Program-made: the position numbers and the translations under genes
Source of the DNA: Thermoplasmata archaeon
GTDB lineage: Archaea > Thermoplasmatota > Thermoplasmata > Lutacidiplasmatales > UBA184
Length of the DNA stretch: 64,000 nt
Reading direction: 5' to 3'
NCBI GenBank assembly: GCA_028864975.1
Contig: JAGWLG010000001.1
Coordinates: forward strand, 64,001 to 128,000
Shown: piece after piece, positions 45,272 through 55,800 of the stretch
Layout: the number at the start of each line of letters is the position of its first letter
Position numbering within the stretch: position 1 is the stretch's first letter
The notes under the pieces: generated by a model
What the model was told of the DNA's origin: nothing
Databases searched by the model: none
Seen by the model: the letters and a program-made list of their open reading frames with translations, nothing else

Positions 45272-45433
45272 CTAAGCGTACTTCCAGCGGAGGATCTCCA
45301 CGACGAAAGCGGCGATGAGCCCCATCGCCACCACGACCTCGGGGGGGATCTTGACCGACTTGGTCTCCTCCATGTCGTAGTACTGGATGAGACCGGCCGC
45401 GGATTGAAAACCGCGGTTCTTCTGCTCGGCCAT
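45272..45433 (-). CDS. secG: Preprotein translocase subunit Sec61beta
   Basis: Hand translation MAEQKNRGFQSAAGLIQYYDMEETKSVKIPPEVVVAMGLIAAFVVEILRWKYA* (53 aa; below the track cutoff). Confidence 0.92.
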   Translation of the reverse strand: MAEQKNRGFQSAAGLIQYYDMEETKSVKIPPEVVVAMGLIAAFVVEILRWKYA

Positions 45434-45487
45434 GCGCCGGGAAAGGGCCCCTCAGGGTAGAAAAGGGTGTCGTTCCCCCCTCGGCTC

Positions 45488-45841
45488 CTAAGGGGAGCGT
45501 CTCCGCCGAGCCACCCGTACCTGACGGAGTCGATGGACGGCGGGGGCTGCGCTCAAGAACGCGCGGAACTCCTGCAGGACCGCCACCACCCGGGGGTCCT
45601 TCTCCACCCGTGCCTGGTCCCGCAGGTAGGCCTTCGTCGAGGCGTATTCCACAACTTCGTGGAAGAGCCCCGGTTCGTCCAAGCTTTCGAAGAGGCGCAT
45701 CGTGACCCCCCGAGGCTCTTCGTAGACGTCGAAGGCCCTGCGGAGGAACAAGAGGAACGACCGTCGCCTTCGGGCGGGGACCCGGTAGGTCAGAGTGACC
45801 GAGGCCGCCGGGCTCAGGGCCCTTCGATGCGCTAGCGCCAT
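45488..45841 (-). CDS. Small ferredoxin-like dimeric alpha+beta barrel protein (ABM/NIPSNAP-like)
   Basis: ATG 45841, 2 nt after the argH stop; VTLTYRVP..FESLDEPGLFHEVVEYAS. Confidence 0.6.
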   Translation of the reverse strand: MALAHRRALSPAASVTLTYRVPARRRRSFLLFLRRAFDVYEEPRGVTMRLFESLDEPGLFHEVVEYASTKAYLRDQARVEKDPRVVAVLQEFRAFLSAAPAVHRLRQVRVARRRRSP

Positions 45842-45843
45842 CT

Positions 45844-47343
45844 TCAGCGACCGGTGCGCAGCCGCGGGGAAGCCACGCCCACGACCGGGTCCGTCTCCAG
45901 CCGTCGCTCGAGGTCGTGGATAGCCTCCGTTTCCATACGGAGCGCAGATCGATGGCGAAGCAAGGCTCGCTCGAGCAGTAGACGGTCGTGAGCAACCTCG
46001 CCCCAGGCGCTCCCCCCGAAGGTCCTCCTCCGCTCGGGCTCCTGGTGCGGCGCGGGGGGGATCCAAGCGCTCGCCTTGAGCTCGGGGAAGCTGCGGTACC
46101 ATTCGTCCATCGTGAGCTCGCCCCAAGAGCGGTGGGCATGCTCGAGGTCCACGAGGAACCGTGCGACGCGCCGGTGCGCCTCCCGGAACGGGACCCCGTT
46201 CCGCGTGAGCTCGTCCGCGAGCTCGACGCTCGCCGTCGGGGAGGCCACACCGTGCGGTGAGGGGGAGGTGTGGAAGCGAGCGGTCCGGGCCATGGGGGCG
46301 AGGACCCGCAGGGAGCGCTCGGCCCTTCGAACGCCCTCGAACAAGAGGGGCTTCAGCGTCTGGAGGTCTCGGTTGTACGAGAGGGGTAGCCCCTTGAGGG
46401 TGATGAGGTGGGCCGCGCCGAGCCCGATGAGCGGGCCGGCCTCGCCGCGGAGCAGCTCGGCCATGTCCGGGTTCCTCTTGTGCGGCATCAGGCTGGACGT
46501 GGTGACGAAGGCATCGTCCAGGTGGATCCTCGCGACCTGGGGCGTCGACCAGAGGACCCACTCCTCGGCGAGCGAGGACAGGTGGACCCCCAGGATCGCG
46601 AGCGAACCCAAGGTCTCGCTCGCCGAGTCCCGGTCCGAAACGGCGTCCATGGCGTTCGGATGGGGCTCGCGGAAGCCAAGGGACCGGGCGGTGAGGTGTC
46701 GGTCGAGCGGCAGCGAGCTTCCCGCGACGGCCCCTGCGCCCAGGGGGCTGTAGACCATCGACTCTCGGATCCGCTTCAGGCGCGTGGCGTCGCGGGAGAG
46801 CCTTCGCGCGTGGACCTGGAGGATCTGCGCCAGGTAGACCCGCTGGGCGTCCTGCAAGTGGGTCGTCGCCGGGACCACGTAGCGCCCCTGCGGCCCCGCC
46901 GCCTGGTCGAGGAGCGCCTGCGCCGTGTCCAGGATGAGCCCTTCGAGCCGAAGGAGGGCGTCCCGCAGGTAGAGGGCGAGGTCCGTCGCGACCTGGTCGT
47001 TACGGCTGCGTCCCGTCGGCAGCCGCGCGCCCACGTCCCCCAGACGGGCCGTGAGCGCGGATTCCACGTTCATGTGGACGTCCTCGAGCTCGGGGTCGAG
47101 CCGGAAGGTCCCTGCCTCCGCCTCTCGGCGGAGCCGGACCAGTTCCCGCACGAGCGCGCGGCCCGCCGGGAGGGGGATGAGCCCCTGCCGCGTCAGCATC
47201 CGGGCGTGCGCGAGGCTCCCCAGGAGGTCGAACGGGAGGAGGACCGTGTCCTCCTTCACCGAGGCGCCGAACTCGGCCGCCTCAGGGTGGGGTGGGTGGC
47301 GAAACCTTTCCCGAAGCAGGGAGGGCCTCGCGCTCCTCGGCAT
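45844..47343 (-). CDS. argH: Argininosuccinate lyase
   Basis: EDVHMNVE, GRSRNDQ, THLQ, SSLMPHKRNPD, LPLSYNRDLQ, GVPFREAH. Confidence 0.95.
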   Translation of the reverse strand: MPRSARPSLLRERFRHPPHPEAAEFGASVKEDTVLLPFDLLGSLAHARMLTRQGLIPLPAGRALVRELVRLRREAEAGTFRLDPELEDVHMNVESALTARLGDVGARLPTGRSRNDQVATDLALYLRDALLRLEGLILDTAQALLDQAAGPQGRYVVPATTHLQDAQRVYLAQILQVHARRLSRDATRLKRIRESMVYSPLGAGAVAGSSLPLDRHLTARSLGFREPHPNAMDAVSDRDSASETLGSLAILGVHLSSLAEEWVLWSTPQVARIHLDDAFVTTSSLMPHKRNPDMAELLRGEAGPLIGLGAAHLITLKGLPLSYNRDLQTLKPLLFEGVRRAERSLRVLAPMARTARFHTSPSPHGVASPTASVELADELTRNGVPFREAHRRVARFLVDLEHAHRSWGELTMDEWYRSFPELKASAWIPPAPHQEPERRRTFGGSAWGEVAHDRLLLERALLRHRSALRMETEAIHDLERRLETDPVVGVASPRLRTGR

Positions 47344-48574
47344 CCGTGAGGGCCTCCCTCCGACGCGCATAAGCCAAGCGGTTCGCGAGCCCGAAGAGGT
47401 GGATGAACCCCTCGGCCGCCTCCTGACGGAACGTGGAGGTCCGGTCGTACGTCGCGAGCTCGTGGCTGAGCAGCGAGAAGGGAGAGCGGCGTCCGACGAC
47501 CCGGGAGGTCCCCTGGAAGAGACGGAGCGTCACCTGCCCCGTGACCGTCTCCTGAGTGCTCGCAACGAAGGAGCTGAGGGACTCGCGGAGCGGACTGTAC
47601 CACATGCCCTCGTACACCGTGTCGGCGAACCGGCGGTCCACCAGGCCCTTGAAGGAAAGGAGGTCGCGCGGGAGGACGAGGGCCTCCAGCGCCTGGTGCG
47701 CCTGCACGAGCGCGATCGCAGCGGGGCACTCGTACGTCTCGCGCGACTTGATCCCGACGACCCGGTCCTCGACGTGGTCGATCCGACCGATGCCGTGGGC
47801 GCCCGCCTTCTGGTTCAGGGTCTGGATGAGGTCCACCGGCTCGAGCGACCGGCCGTTCAGGCTGATCGGGGCGCCGCGCGAGAACCCTACGACCACGTCC
47901 TCGGGGACCTTTGGCCACTTCTCGGGGTGGCTCGTCCACTGGAAGACCTCCTCCGGTGGGGCGGAGCCGGGGTCCTCAAGACGTCCGCCCTCGACCGAGC
48001 GTCCCCACAGGTTCTCGTCGACGGAGTAGGGCGACTCGGGCTTGACGTGGATCTTGAGCCCGTGCTCCCGCGCGTAGGCGATCTCGTCCTGGCGGTTCAT
48101 GTTCCACTCCCGGACGGGCGCGATGATCGACAGGTGGGGGGCGAGGGTCTGGACGCCCACGTCGAAGCGGACCTGGTCGTTCCCCTTCCCCGTGCACCCG
48201 TGCGCGACGGCGTCGGCGCCCAGCCGCAGGGCGGCGGAGACCAGATGGCGGACGATGAGCGGGCGGGCTAGGGAGGTGGAGAGCGGGTAGACCCCCTGGT
48301 AGAGGCAGTTCGCCTGGAGGGCGGGAAAGAGGAACTCCTCGGCGAAGGTCACCTTCGCATCCTCGAGAAAGGCCTCGCGGGCCCCGTTGATGGGCGCGCG
48401 CTCCACGGCGTCCTCAAGCTCCCCTTCCTGGCCCACGTCGACGGTGAGGGTGGTCACCTCGGCGCCGTAGTGTTCCTTGATCCAGGGGATGGCGACCGAC
48501 GTGTCGAGTCCTCCGGAGTAGGCGAGCACCACGTGTTTGAGCTTCCCGGCCATGTTCTTCCTCTTGGGTTTCAC
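47282..48574 (-). CDS. argG: Argininosuccinate synthase (start GTG 48574 or ATG 48553)
   Basis: LAYSGGLDTS, HGCTGKGNDQVRF, YSVDENLWG, GIKSRETYE. Confidence 0.97.
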   Translation of the reverse strand: MKPKRKNMAGKLKHVVLAYSGGLDTSVAIPWIKEHYGAEVTTLTVDVGQEGELEDAVERAPINGAREAFLEDAKVTFAEEFLFPALQANCLYQGVYPLSTSLARPLIVRHLVSAALRLGADAVAHGCTGKGNDQVRFDVGVQTLAPHLSIIAPVREWNMNRQDEIAYAREHGLKIHVKPESPYSVDENLWGRSVEGGRLEDPGSAPPEEVFQWTSHPEKWPKVPEDVVVGFSRGAPISLNGRSLEPVDLIQTLNQKAGAHGIGRIDHVEDRVVGIKSRETYECPAAIALVQAHQALEALVLPRDLLSFKGLVDRRFADTVYEGMWYSPLRESLSSFVASTQETVTGQVTLRLFQGTSRVVGRRSPFSLLSHELATYDRTSTFRQEAAEGFIHLFGLANRLAYARRREALTDAEEREALPASGKVSPPTPP

Positions 48575-49446
48575 ACTGCTCCCGGTCCCGCAGGGATAGG
48601 GAGCAGAGGAAGGGAGGTCGCGGCCGATGAGCGGGGAGGGGCTTGACGCGGCTCGGGAACGACCCAGGTGCCGCCGCGAGGGGTCCCTTCCGAAGGGACG
48701 AGGTCCAGGGTACCGATCCAGACCCCCCGAGCCCCCTCGGACAGCATGCGAAGCGCCCCCTCTAGCTTGGGGATCATTCCACCGTGGACCGTCCCATTCT
48801 CGATGAGGGCTCTCGCCTTGGACGGCGTGAGCCGCTCGATCGGTGCTCCATCCGTGCCCCGGACCCCCGGGACGTCGGTTACAAGCAGGAGATCGCCCCC
48901 GACGGCCCCGGCGATCCCTGCCGCGAAGAGGTCGGCGTTGACATTGAGAACGCCCCCTTTCCCGTCGGAAGCGAGCGGGGCCAGGACCGGCACGGACCCC
49001 AATTGGAACAACGCGAGGAGCAGCGTGGGATCGACACGCGCGGGTTCGCCCACGGCACCTAGCCGCCCCTCCTGGACGTCACGGGCGAGCAGAAGGTCCG
49101 CCGAGACCCCCGAGAGCCCGACGGCCCGCAGGCCCGCCTCATTGAGCGCCGAGACCAGGCGGAGGTTCACCGTCCCCGCGAGCACCCCTTCGACGAGCGG
49201 GAGGACTTCCGGAGGCGTGACGCGCTGTCCATCGACCTTCTCGACGGGGAGGTGGAGACGGGCGGAGAGCTCCGAGACCTCCTCGCCTCCGCCATGGACC
49301 AGGACGAGCGGCCCGCTGCGCCGCGCCTCGGCGACGACCCAACGGACCAGCTGGTCGAGGGCCGGACCGGGGCGGACCTCCCGTCCTCCGACCTTGACCA
49401 CACGCGGGACCCCCGTCAGGGGTCCCACCGCCTTCGCGAGCCGCAT
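48571..49446 (-). CDS. argB: Acetylglutamate kinase
   Basis: VVKVGG, VHGGG, GQRVT, NVNAD, TDVPGV, GGMIPKL. Confidence 0.93.
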   Translation of the reverse strand: MRLAKAVGPLTGVPRVVKVGGREVRPGPALDQLVRWVVAEARRSGPLVLVHGGGEEVSELSARLHLPVEKVDGQRVTPPEVLPLVEGVLAGTVNLRLVSALNEAGLRAVGLSGVSADLLLARDVQEGRLGAVGEPARVDPTLLLALFQLGSVPVLAPLASDGKGGVLNVNADLFAAGIAGAVGGDLLLVTDVPGVRGTDGAPIERLTPSKARALIENGTVHGGMIPKLEGALRMLSEGARGVWIGTLDLVPSEGTPRGGTWVVPEPRQAPPRSSAATSLPLLPIPAGPGAV

Positions 49447-49471
49447 CGCTCTCGTTCCCAAGTCCTCGCCC

Positions 49472-50731
49472 CTAGGTCCGGTACTGGGCGTTGATCTGCA
49501 CGTAGCCGTAGGAAAGGTCGCAGCCCCAGGCGGTCGCCCGCGCCGGTCCGTTCCCCAGCTGGACGTCGAGGACGACCTCTTCCAGCCGCTGGAGGACGTT
49601 GTGGAGGCGGTGGCCCTGGCCGTTGTCCAGCCCCGGGGCCGGGGTGCCGTGAAGGATGAGCGGCCAGTTCTTCGGCCCGTCGACGAGCCGAACGTCCAGG
49701 TCCTGGGTCTCGAAGGTCGCGCCGGAGTATCCCAGCGCACAGGCGATGCGCCCGACGTTCGGGTCGGCGCCGAAGAGCGCCGTCTTCACGAGGAGGGAGC
49801 TCGCGACCGAGCGGGCCGCCTGACGTGCCTCGTGAGCGTCCGCCGCCCCGTGGACGTTCACGGTGAGGAGCTTGGTCGCCCCTTCCCCATCGCGGGCGAC
49901 GGAACGGGCCAGGCGCTCGAGGACGTAGGCGACCCCCCGGGCGAGCGCGGGGTCATCGTCGGCGAGGGCTCCCCCCGCCTCGCCGTTGGCGAAAGCGAGC
50001 ACGGTGTCGTTCGTCGAGGTGTCCCCGTCGACGCTGATCATGTTGAACGTGCGGTCCGCCTCCCGCGTGAGGAGGCCCTGCCACCCCGGCGTGCTGACCC
50101 GCGCGTCGGTGGTCAGGAAGGCGAGGGTGGTGGCGTGAGGAGGTCCCACCGAGGGGGCGATCATGCCGCTCCCCTTGGCCATTCCGCCCAGGCGGGCACG
50201 GGTGCCGTCCGCAAGGCGGACCGAGACCGCGGCCTCCTTCGTGCGGGTGTCCGTGGTCAGGATCGCCGTCGCGGCGCGCGTCGAGGCGGGACGATCGGAG
50301 GCCAGCGCGTGCACCGCCTGGGGCAAGTGCGATTCGACGCGCTCGACCGGGATGCGCGGGCCGATCACGCCGGTGGCCGCGTGGTAGACCGAGCCCTGGG
50401 GAAGCTTCAGCGCCCCTTCTGCGAGCTCGATGACGCGGCGCGAGTCGGCGAGCCCCTCGGGGCCGGTCAGCGCGTTTGCGACGCCGCTCACGACGACGAG
50501 GCCGCGGGCCTCCCCGGGGTGCTCCCGCAGGAGCCCTTCGCAGATCTCGACGGGCGCCGCACGCACGCGATTCGTTGTGAAGAGGCCGGCCACCGTGGCC
50601 GGTCTCTCGCTCACCAGCAGCGCGAGGTCAGGGCGGAGCGACCGCTTGATTCCGCAGGCGAGTCCGCTGGCCCGGTAGCCCTTCGGGAAGGTGATGCCGT
50701 GGTCCGAGACGGAGAACTCCCCGAGGCTCAT
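49472..50731 (-). CDS. argJ: Ornithine acetyltransferase / N-acetylglutamate synthase
   Basis: GIK..PDL, FTTNRVRAAP, TGVIG, ILTTDT..K, KGSGMIAP..AT, DGDTSTND, DGEGATK, WGCDLSYGYV..N. Confidence 0.96.
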   Translation of the reverse strand: MSLGEFSVSDHGITFPKGYRASGLACGIKRSLRPDLALLVSERPATVAGLFTTNRVRAAPVEICEGLLREHPGEARGLVVVSGVANALTGPEGLADSRRVIELAEGALKLPQGSVYHAATGVIGPRIPVERVESHLPQAVHALASDRPASTRAATAILTTDTRTKEAAVSVRLADGTRARLGGMAKGSGMIAPSVGPPHATTLAFLTTDARVSTPGWQGLLTREADRTFNMISVDGDTSTNDTVLAFANGEAGGALADDDPALARGVAYVLERLARSVARDGEGATKLLTVNVHGAADAHEARQAARSVASSLLVKTALFGADPNVGRIACALGYSGATFETQDLDVRLVDGPKNWPLILHGTPAPGLDNGQGHRLHNVLQRLEEVVLDVQLGNGPARATAWGCDLSYGYVQINAQYRT

Positions 50732-51759
50732 GGCCCGAGCCCTCCTGCGGGTAGCCCATCCGTCTCGGGAACGCCCAGCATCAGGTTCGCGTTCTGGATG
50801 GCCTGCCCCGCGCCCCCCTTCACCAGATTGTCGAGAGCGCTGTAGAGGACCCCCGACGGAGGCGCGGCCTCCGTCGCCAGGTAGCAACGGTTCGACCCCA
50901 CGGCCCAAGGCAGGCGTGGGATGCCGCCCACGCGGACGAAGGGCTCGCTGGCATAGGCGGCCTCGAGCGTGGGGTTCCACGAGGAGAACGAGGAGGACTC
51001 GACCCCAGGGGCGTAGATCGAGCAGAGGAGCCCACGGACCACGGGAACCAGGTGCGGGACGAACGTGAGCTGCGGGCCCTCGCCCGAGGCGACCCCGGAG
51101 AGCTCGCTCAGCGCCTGGCGGATCTCCGGCACGTGGCGGTGGTTCCCTCCTCCGTAGGGGTTGACGGAGGCCCCCGCGAGCGGGTGATGCGTGGCGGGGG
51201 TCGGCGAAGCGCCCGCGCCCGAGCTCCCGCTCTTCGCATCGACGACGATGTGCGAGGGGAGGAGCCTCTTCTTCGCGAGAGGCAGGAGGGCCAGGAGCGT
51301 CGCGGTCGGGTAGCAGCCCGGGTTCGCGAGGAGCTTCGCTCCTCTGACCGCGTCGCGGTCGATCTCGGGGAGCCCGTAGACGGCTTGGGCGAGCCCGTCA
51401 GGGTCCGAGTGTGGCCGTCCGTAGGTCGCCTCGTAGGCCGCGGGGTCCTTCAGCCGATAATCGGGACCGAGGTCGACGACGCGGATGCCGCGGGAGCGGA
51501 GCGAAGGGGCAGTGCGCAGCGCCTCGCCTTGGGGGAGGGCGAGGAAGGCCAGGTCCACATCGAGCGACGAAGCGTCCGGCTCCAACTTGAGCGCGTGGCC
51601 GTCCGCCAGCCAGGGGCAGATGCGGTCGAGGGTCTCTCCGGCGTGGGATTGCGAGACGGCCTGCTTGAGGAGGAGCGAGGGGTGCGAGGAGAGGAGCCTC
51701 AGAAGCTCTCCGCCCAAGTACCCGCTCGCCCCAACGACCCCAACCGTACGTGTTGTCAT
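50728..51759 (-). CDS. argC: N-acetyl-gamma-glutamyl-phosphate reductase
   Basis: GASGYLG, YGLPE, NPGCY, SGSSGAG, HRHVPEI, DNLVKGGAGQA. Confidence 0.96.
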   Translation of the reverse strand: MTTRTVGVVGASGYLGGELLRLLSSHPSLLLKQAVSQSHAGETLDRICPWLADGHALKLEPDASSLDVDLAFLALPQGEALRTAPSLRSRGIRVVDLGPDYRLKDPAAYEATYGRPHSDPDGLAQAVYGLPEIDRDAVRGAKLLANPGCYPTATLLALLPLAKKRLLPSHIVVDAKSGSSGAGASPTPATHHPLAGASVNPYGGGNHRHVPEIRQALSELSGVASGEGPQLTFVPHLVPVVRGLLCSIYAPGVESSSFSSWNPTLEAAYASEPFVRVGGIPRLPWAVGSNRCYLATEAAPPSGVLYSALDNLVKGGAGQAIQNANLMLGVPETDGLPAGGLGP

Positions 51760-51917
51760 GAGAGGTGGGCGGTGGTGGGGGACTCCTTGGAGGAAGAGAG
51801 ACGCGCCGTCGAACTTCCCCTTCGCGTCGCGAGAGTGACCGCGCGGCGCCTCGACGCTCCGTGGGACCGTCAGCGGTCGCTCGAGGGACGTCGTGGGTCG
51901 CGGCTGTTCCGTGGGGA

Positions 51918-52646
51918 TTACGGATGTCCCGAGGGCGACTCGCGCCGCAGGGGCTCGTCGCCGCCTTGCGGATGTGGGTGGACCAGGTCGCCCAGCACCT
52001 GGAAGGCCCCGAGCAGGTCCTTCTCCTCGAGGACGAACGTGCTGTCGGTGTGCGAGCTCACGATCTCGAGGCAGTTGATCCCGCGTCGCGCGAGCGCGTT
52101 CGCGAGGAAGGCCAGCACGCCTGGGGTGCGCACGATCGAAGAGGGCGAGCGGACCGTAAGGGCGGCCAGTCCCCGGAAGATGTCGATGACGTAGCCCTTG
52201 CCGAGGCTGGGGACCACGCTCGTGAGCAGGTCGTCCTCGAGCAGGATCGTGAGCGCGCCAGGGCCCTGCAGGAGCTGGAGCAGGTGCCGTCGGTCCTTGA
52301 GGAGCTCCCCCGCGGCCTCGTCGACCCGGAGCAGGACCTCCCAATCGTTGCGGGCCGCAATGATCGCGACCCTGGTGCGGACCTCGATCCGGGAGCCGTG
52401 GATGACCTGGAGGATCCGCTCGTCCTGGGCGACCTCCTGCTGCATCTGCCGCTGGTAGCGGCGGCAGGCGACGGTGACCGCCTCCTCGTTCTTCAGACCC
52501 TTCTCCTCGAGGATCCTACGGGCGAGCGCGGTGAAGTTCACGACGTCCCAGGCGAGGCAGTCGCGGATGGAGGGGTGCTCATCGATGTACCTTCGGGTGA
52601 TGTCCGCCGCGGTCGGGCCTTCCGGCTTCGGCGGGATACGAGGCAT
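51918..52646 (-). CDS. Archaeal HTH-like + ACT-domain protein, putative amino-acid-responsive regulator
   Basis: TRRYIDEHPSIRDCL..NFTALAR N-terminus; ACT-like C-terminus TPGVLAFLANALARRGINCLEIVSSHTD. Confidence 0.8.
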   Translation of the reverse strand: MPRIPPKPEGPTAADITRRYIDEHPSIRDCLAWDVVNFTALARRILEEKGLKNEEAVTVACRRYQRQMQQEVAQDERILQVIHGSRIEVRTRVAIIAARNDWEVLLRVDEAAGELLKDRRHLLQLLQGPGALTILLEDDLLTSVVPSLGKGYVIDIFRGLAALTVRSPSSIVRTPGVLAFLANALARRGINCLEIVSSHTDSTFVLEEKDLLGAFQVLGDLVHPHPQGGDEPLRRESPSGHP

Positions 52647-52837
52647 GGCCCGGCGGGATGAACGTTCCTCCCCTTGAAGCTGACCAATGGGCCGTGAGGC
52701 AGCAGCCCGCCGGGTGATCGTTGTTCCGGGAGCAGAGAACCCTTCTCGACTTCACCCAGGTTCAAGAATGCCGAACACGATGCCTTGAACCAGACTGAGC
52801 ATTCCCCCGGACAATAGGCAAGCCTCAGGAGCCGCTC

Positions 52838-55800
52838 TTGAGAAACCATCCCCTGGACGCTTCCCTCCCCAGGCCGGATGGGCCACGTGCCCCGCATGGC
52901 GGGAACCCGCCAGCCCGACGGGTCCTTGGGCGTGGAGTTCGGGAGCTCCGCATCTTGTTCCCGCTGCTGGTCTTCCTCCTCGTCCTCACGCCGTCCTTGG
53001 GAGGCGGGGCGGGGACGGGCCAGGAGATTCTCCACCGCTCGCAAGCTGTAGCAGGGGCTATCTCCGCTCCCGGGTCCACCTCGGTGACACCCTCTCCGCC
53101 AGGGCCCCTCCTTTGGTCCTACTCGGACGGCGGTTCCCCCGACCCGATCCGATCCCAGGCTGGAGTGGCGAGCTTCTCGCTTGGTTCGATCGGCTATGTT
53201 GATGTCATCGGGGGTTCGGGTCCCTGCGGCCTCTACTGCAACGACGATTGGGAAGTGAACCTCAATGCTCTTGCGTACCCAACTTGGTTCCATGAGCCCC
53301 CGCCCACGAACGTCGGACGGAAAGGGCCGAGCTTGGCCTTCGACCCCGCCTCCAACGAGCTCGTGCTATTCGGGGGACTGAACGGTACCCTTGGAGCGCT
53401 CAACGATACCTGGACGCGCGTCCTCTTGGTTCGAGGATGGGCGCCCGTCGCGGGGGCTGCGCCGCCGCCCCGGTGGGATGCTGCGTTCGCCTACGACCCG
53501 GCCCTCGGGGGAGTGGTCCTGTTCGGGGGCCTCGGGCCGGGAGGACAGCCGCTCGGGGACACCTGGCTGTTCCGTGGCGACCGGTGGACGCCCATCGTAT
53601 CCTTGGTGTCCCCTGCAGCCCGGTCTGGCAGCTCACTAGTATGGCAGGGCGACGAGGAGAGGATGACCCTTTTCGGGGGAAACGGGAGTGCTGGCCCCCT
53701 CTCGGACACCTGGGGACTCGCCTCAGGCGGGTGGTACCCTTTGTCGCCGACCCTCACGCCCTCGCCCCGCACCCTGGCGGCCGTGGGTTCGGACGGGGCG
53801 GGGGACCCGGTGATCTTCGGTGGATGGGGAACACCCGGATACCTCAACGACACGTGGATCCTCTACGGCGACAACTGGAGCGAGCCGACCGTTGAGACCG
53901 TAGCAAGGCCCGCCGCAGCTGAGGGCGCGATCCTGGTCCCTGACGCTGGTGCCACCCCCAACGACCTCCTACTGTACTGGGGAAAGGGTGAGGGCGGATA
54001 CTCGATTATCACGTGGGGGCTCCGGGTCCAGAACGGTGGGAGCCCTTCGTCCCCCCCTCCTCTTAGGGTGGCGGCGCAGGCCTCAGGATCGAACGGAACG
54101 AGCCCGTTCGCAGCATCCTTCGAAGCATTGGGGAGCGGGGGGGTGCCCCCCTACGGCGAGGTGTGGGGCTTCGGGGACGGCACACCACCTTCCATCAACC
54201 CGTATCCTCGGCACGTCTTCGCCTCTCCGGGCAATTATCTCGCCCACCTTCTCCTGCAGGACACCGCTTCTCCCCCGGCGACCGCGAGCGCCGACCTGGC
54301 GGTCCACGTCCATGCCCCTAACGGATCGTTCGCGGTCAACGTCTCGGCGACGGAGCGGTCGGGCCCACCTCCGCTCACGACGACCCTATTTGCCACCCCG
54401 TCGGGGGGTATGGGCCCGTACAGCTACCGCTGGCTCTTCGGAGATGGCACACCATCCTCTCGAGCACCCTCCCCGACACACATCTACAACGCTTCAGGGA
54501 CGTTCGTCGCGCGGTTGTTCCTCAACGACAGCCGTGGAGCGAGCGCCAACTTCTCCTACACGATGCGTGTCGTGGCCTCGGGACTTGCGGTCGCCTTCAC
54601 CGCCTCGCCGTCGCAGGGCCATCCCCCCATCACGGTGGCCTTCCACGCGAGCGCCCAGGGCGGAGACCCCCCGTACCATTACTTCTGGAGCTTTGGCGAC
54701 GGGAACTCGTCGTACGGTGGGAACGCAAACGCCACCAACCTCTACGGGAGGGCCGGGACGTTCGAGATCCGGGTCACGGTCCTCGACGCACAGGGAAGTA
54801 ACGCGACTGCAAGCGAGGCCATCCTCGTAACGCCCCCACCCCCGTTCGTCCCTCCCCCCCCCACGCTCTTGGAGAAGGTGGCGCGCCTCCTCGCCCCGGT
54901 GGTTCGAGGGCTGTCAAATCCCTGGGTCCTCGGTTCGCTAGTCCTGGTGATCGGCGGCACCGTGACGCTTCGCTGGGGACTCCCGACCGTCCGGCTCCGA
55001 AGTTCCGTTCGCCGGGGGAAGTCCTCCCTCAATCATGAAGCGACCTGGGGGGTCGCGGAGGTGGAGGTCGTGGTACACGGATTTCGCCACGGAGCCCAAC
55101 TCTCCGACCTCCTCGGCAGGCTTCGCCCACTTGTAGAGAGGGACGCCCGCCGGCTCGCTTCCCACCTCACCTGGCATCCCGGTTCAGCTGCCACTTGGTT
55201 GGCCCGTCGTGCGTTGCTTCTCGTACCCCAACTGCTCATTGCGGCCACGGTCTTGTTCATTGGGCTGAGGGCCCTGCCGGGGCTGGTCGTAGGCCCACCG
55301 ACCTTCCCCGGAATCCCGTTCGGCCCCCTGGGGTTCCTGCAGGCATGGTGGAGCTACGTCTCGGAGCTCCTGGGCGGGGGGCTCTCCGACCCCTATCTTG
55401 CTGCGAACCTCCCCTACACGCTGCAGTTCATGGGAGTGATCGTGCTCCTGAGCGCAATCATTTCCTACCCCTTGGGCGTTCTCGCGGGCTGGAAACAGGG
55501 TGGGGTCGTCGATCAGTCCACGAGGTTCGCGGGAGTCCTAGCGAACTCGTTCCAGATCTTCGTCGTCGCGCTCCTGACCCTGGTGGGAGCATGGCTGTGG
55601 TACTACCAGACCACGAACGGGGACTTCCTCGTCTCGAGCCTGCCTTCCATCCTCTGGGACGACCAGAACATGGGAGGGATCCCTCCTTGGGTGTCGGTCT
55701 TGCAGGCGACGTCTCCCACGGGCTTCCCGCTCGTCGACGCGCCCCTTCACGGCGCGTGGGCGTTCGAGCAGGTGATGTTGCTGAAGATCCTTGTCCAGGC

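Noticed and set aside
48668-50845. 725-aa + strand ORF, and similar long ORFs such as 2052-3260, 6141-7913, 9814-11448 (N-part), 41783-43450 and 47051-48271
   Set aside because: Antisense or alternative-frame shadows of well-supported genes; Arg/Pro/Gly-rich with no motifs, as expected at high GC
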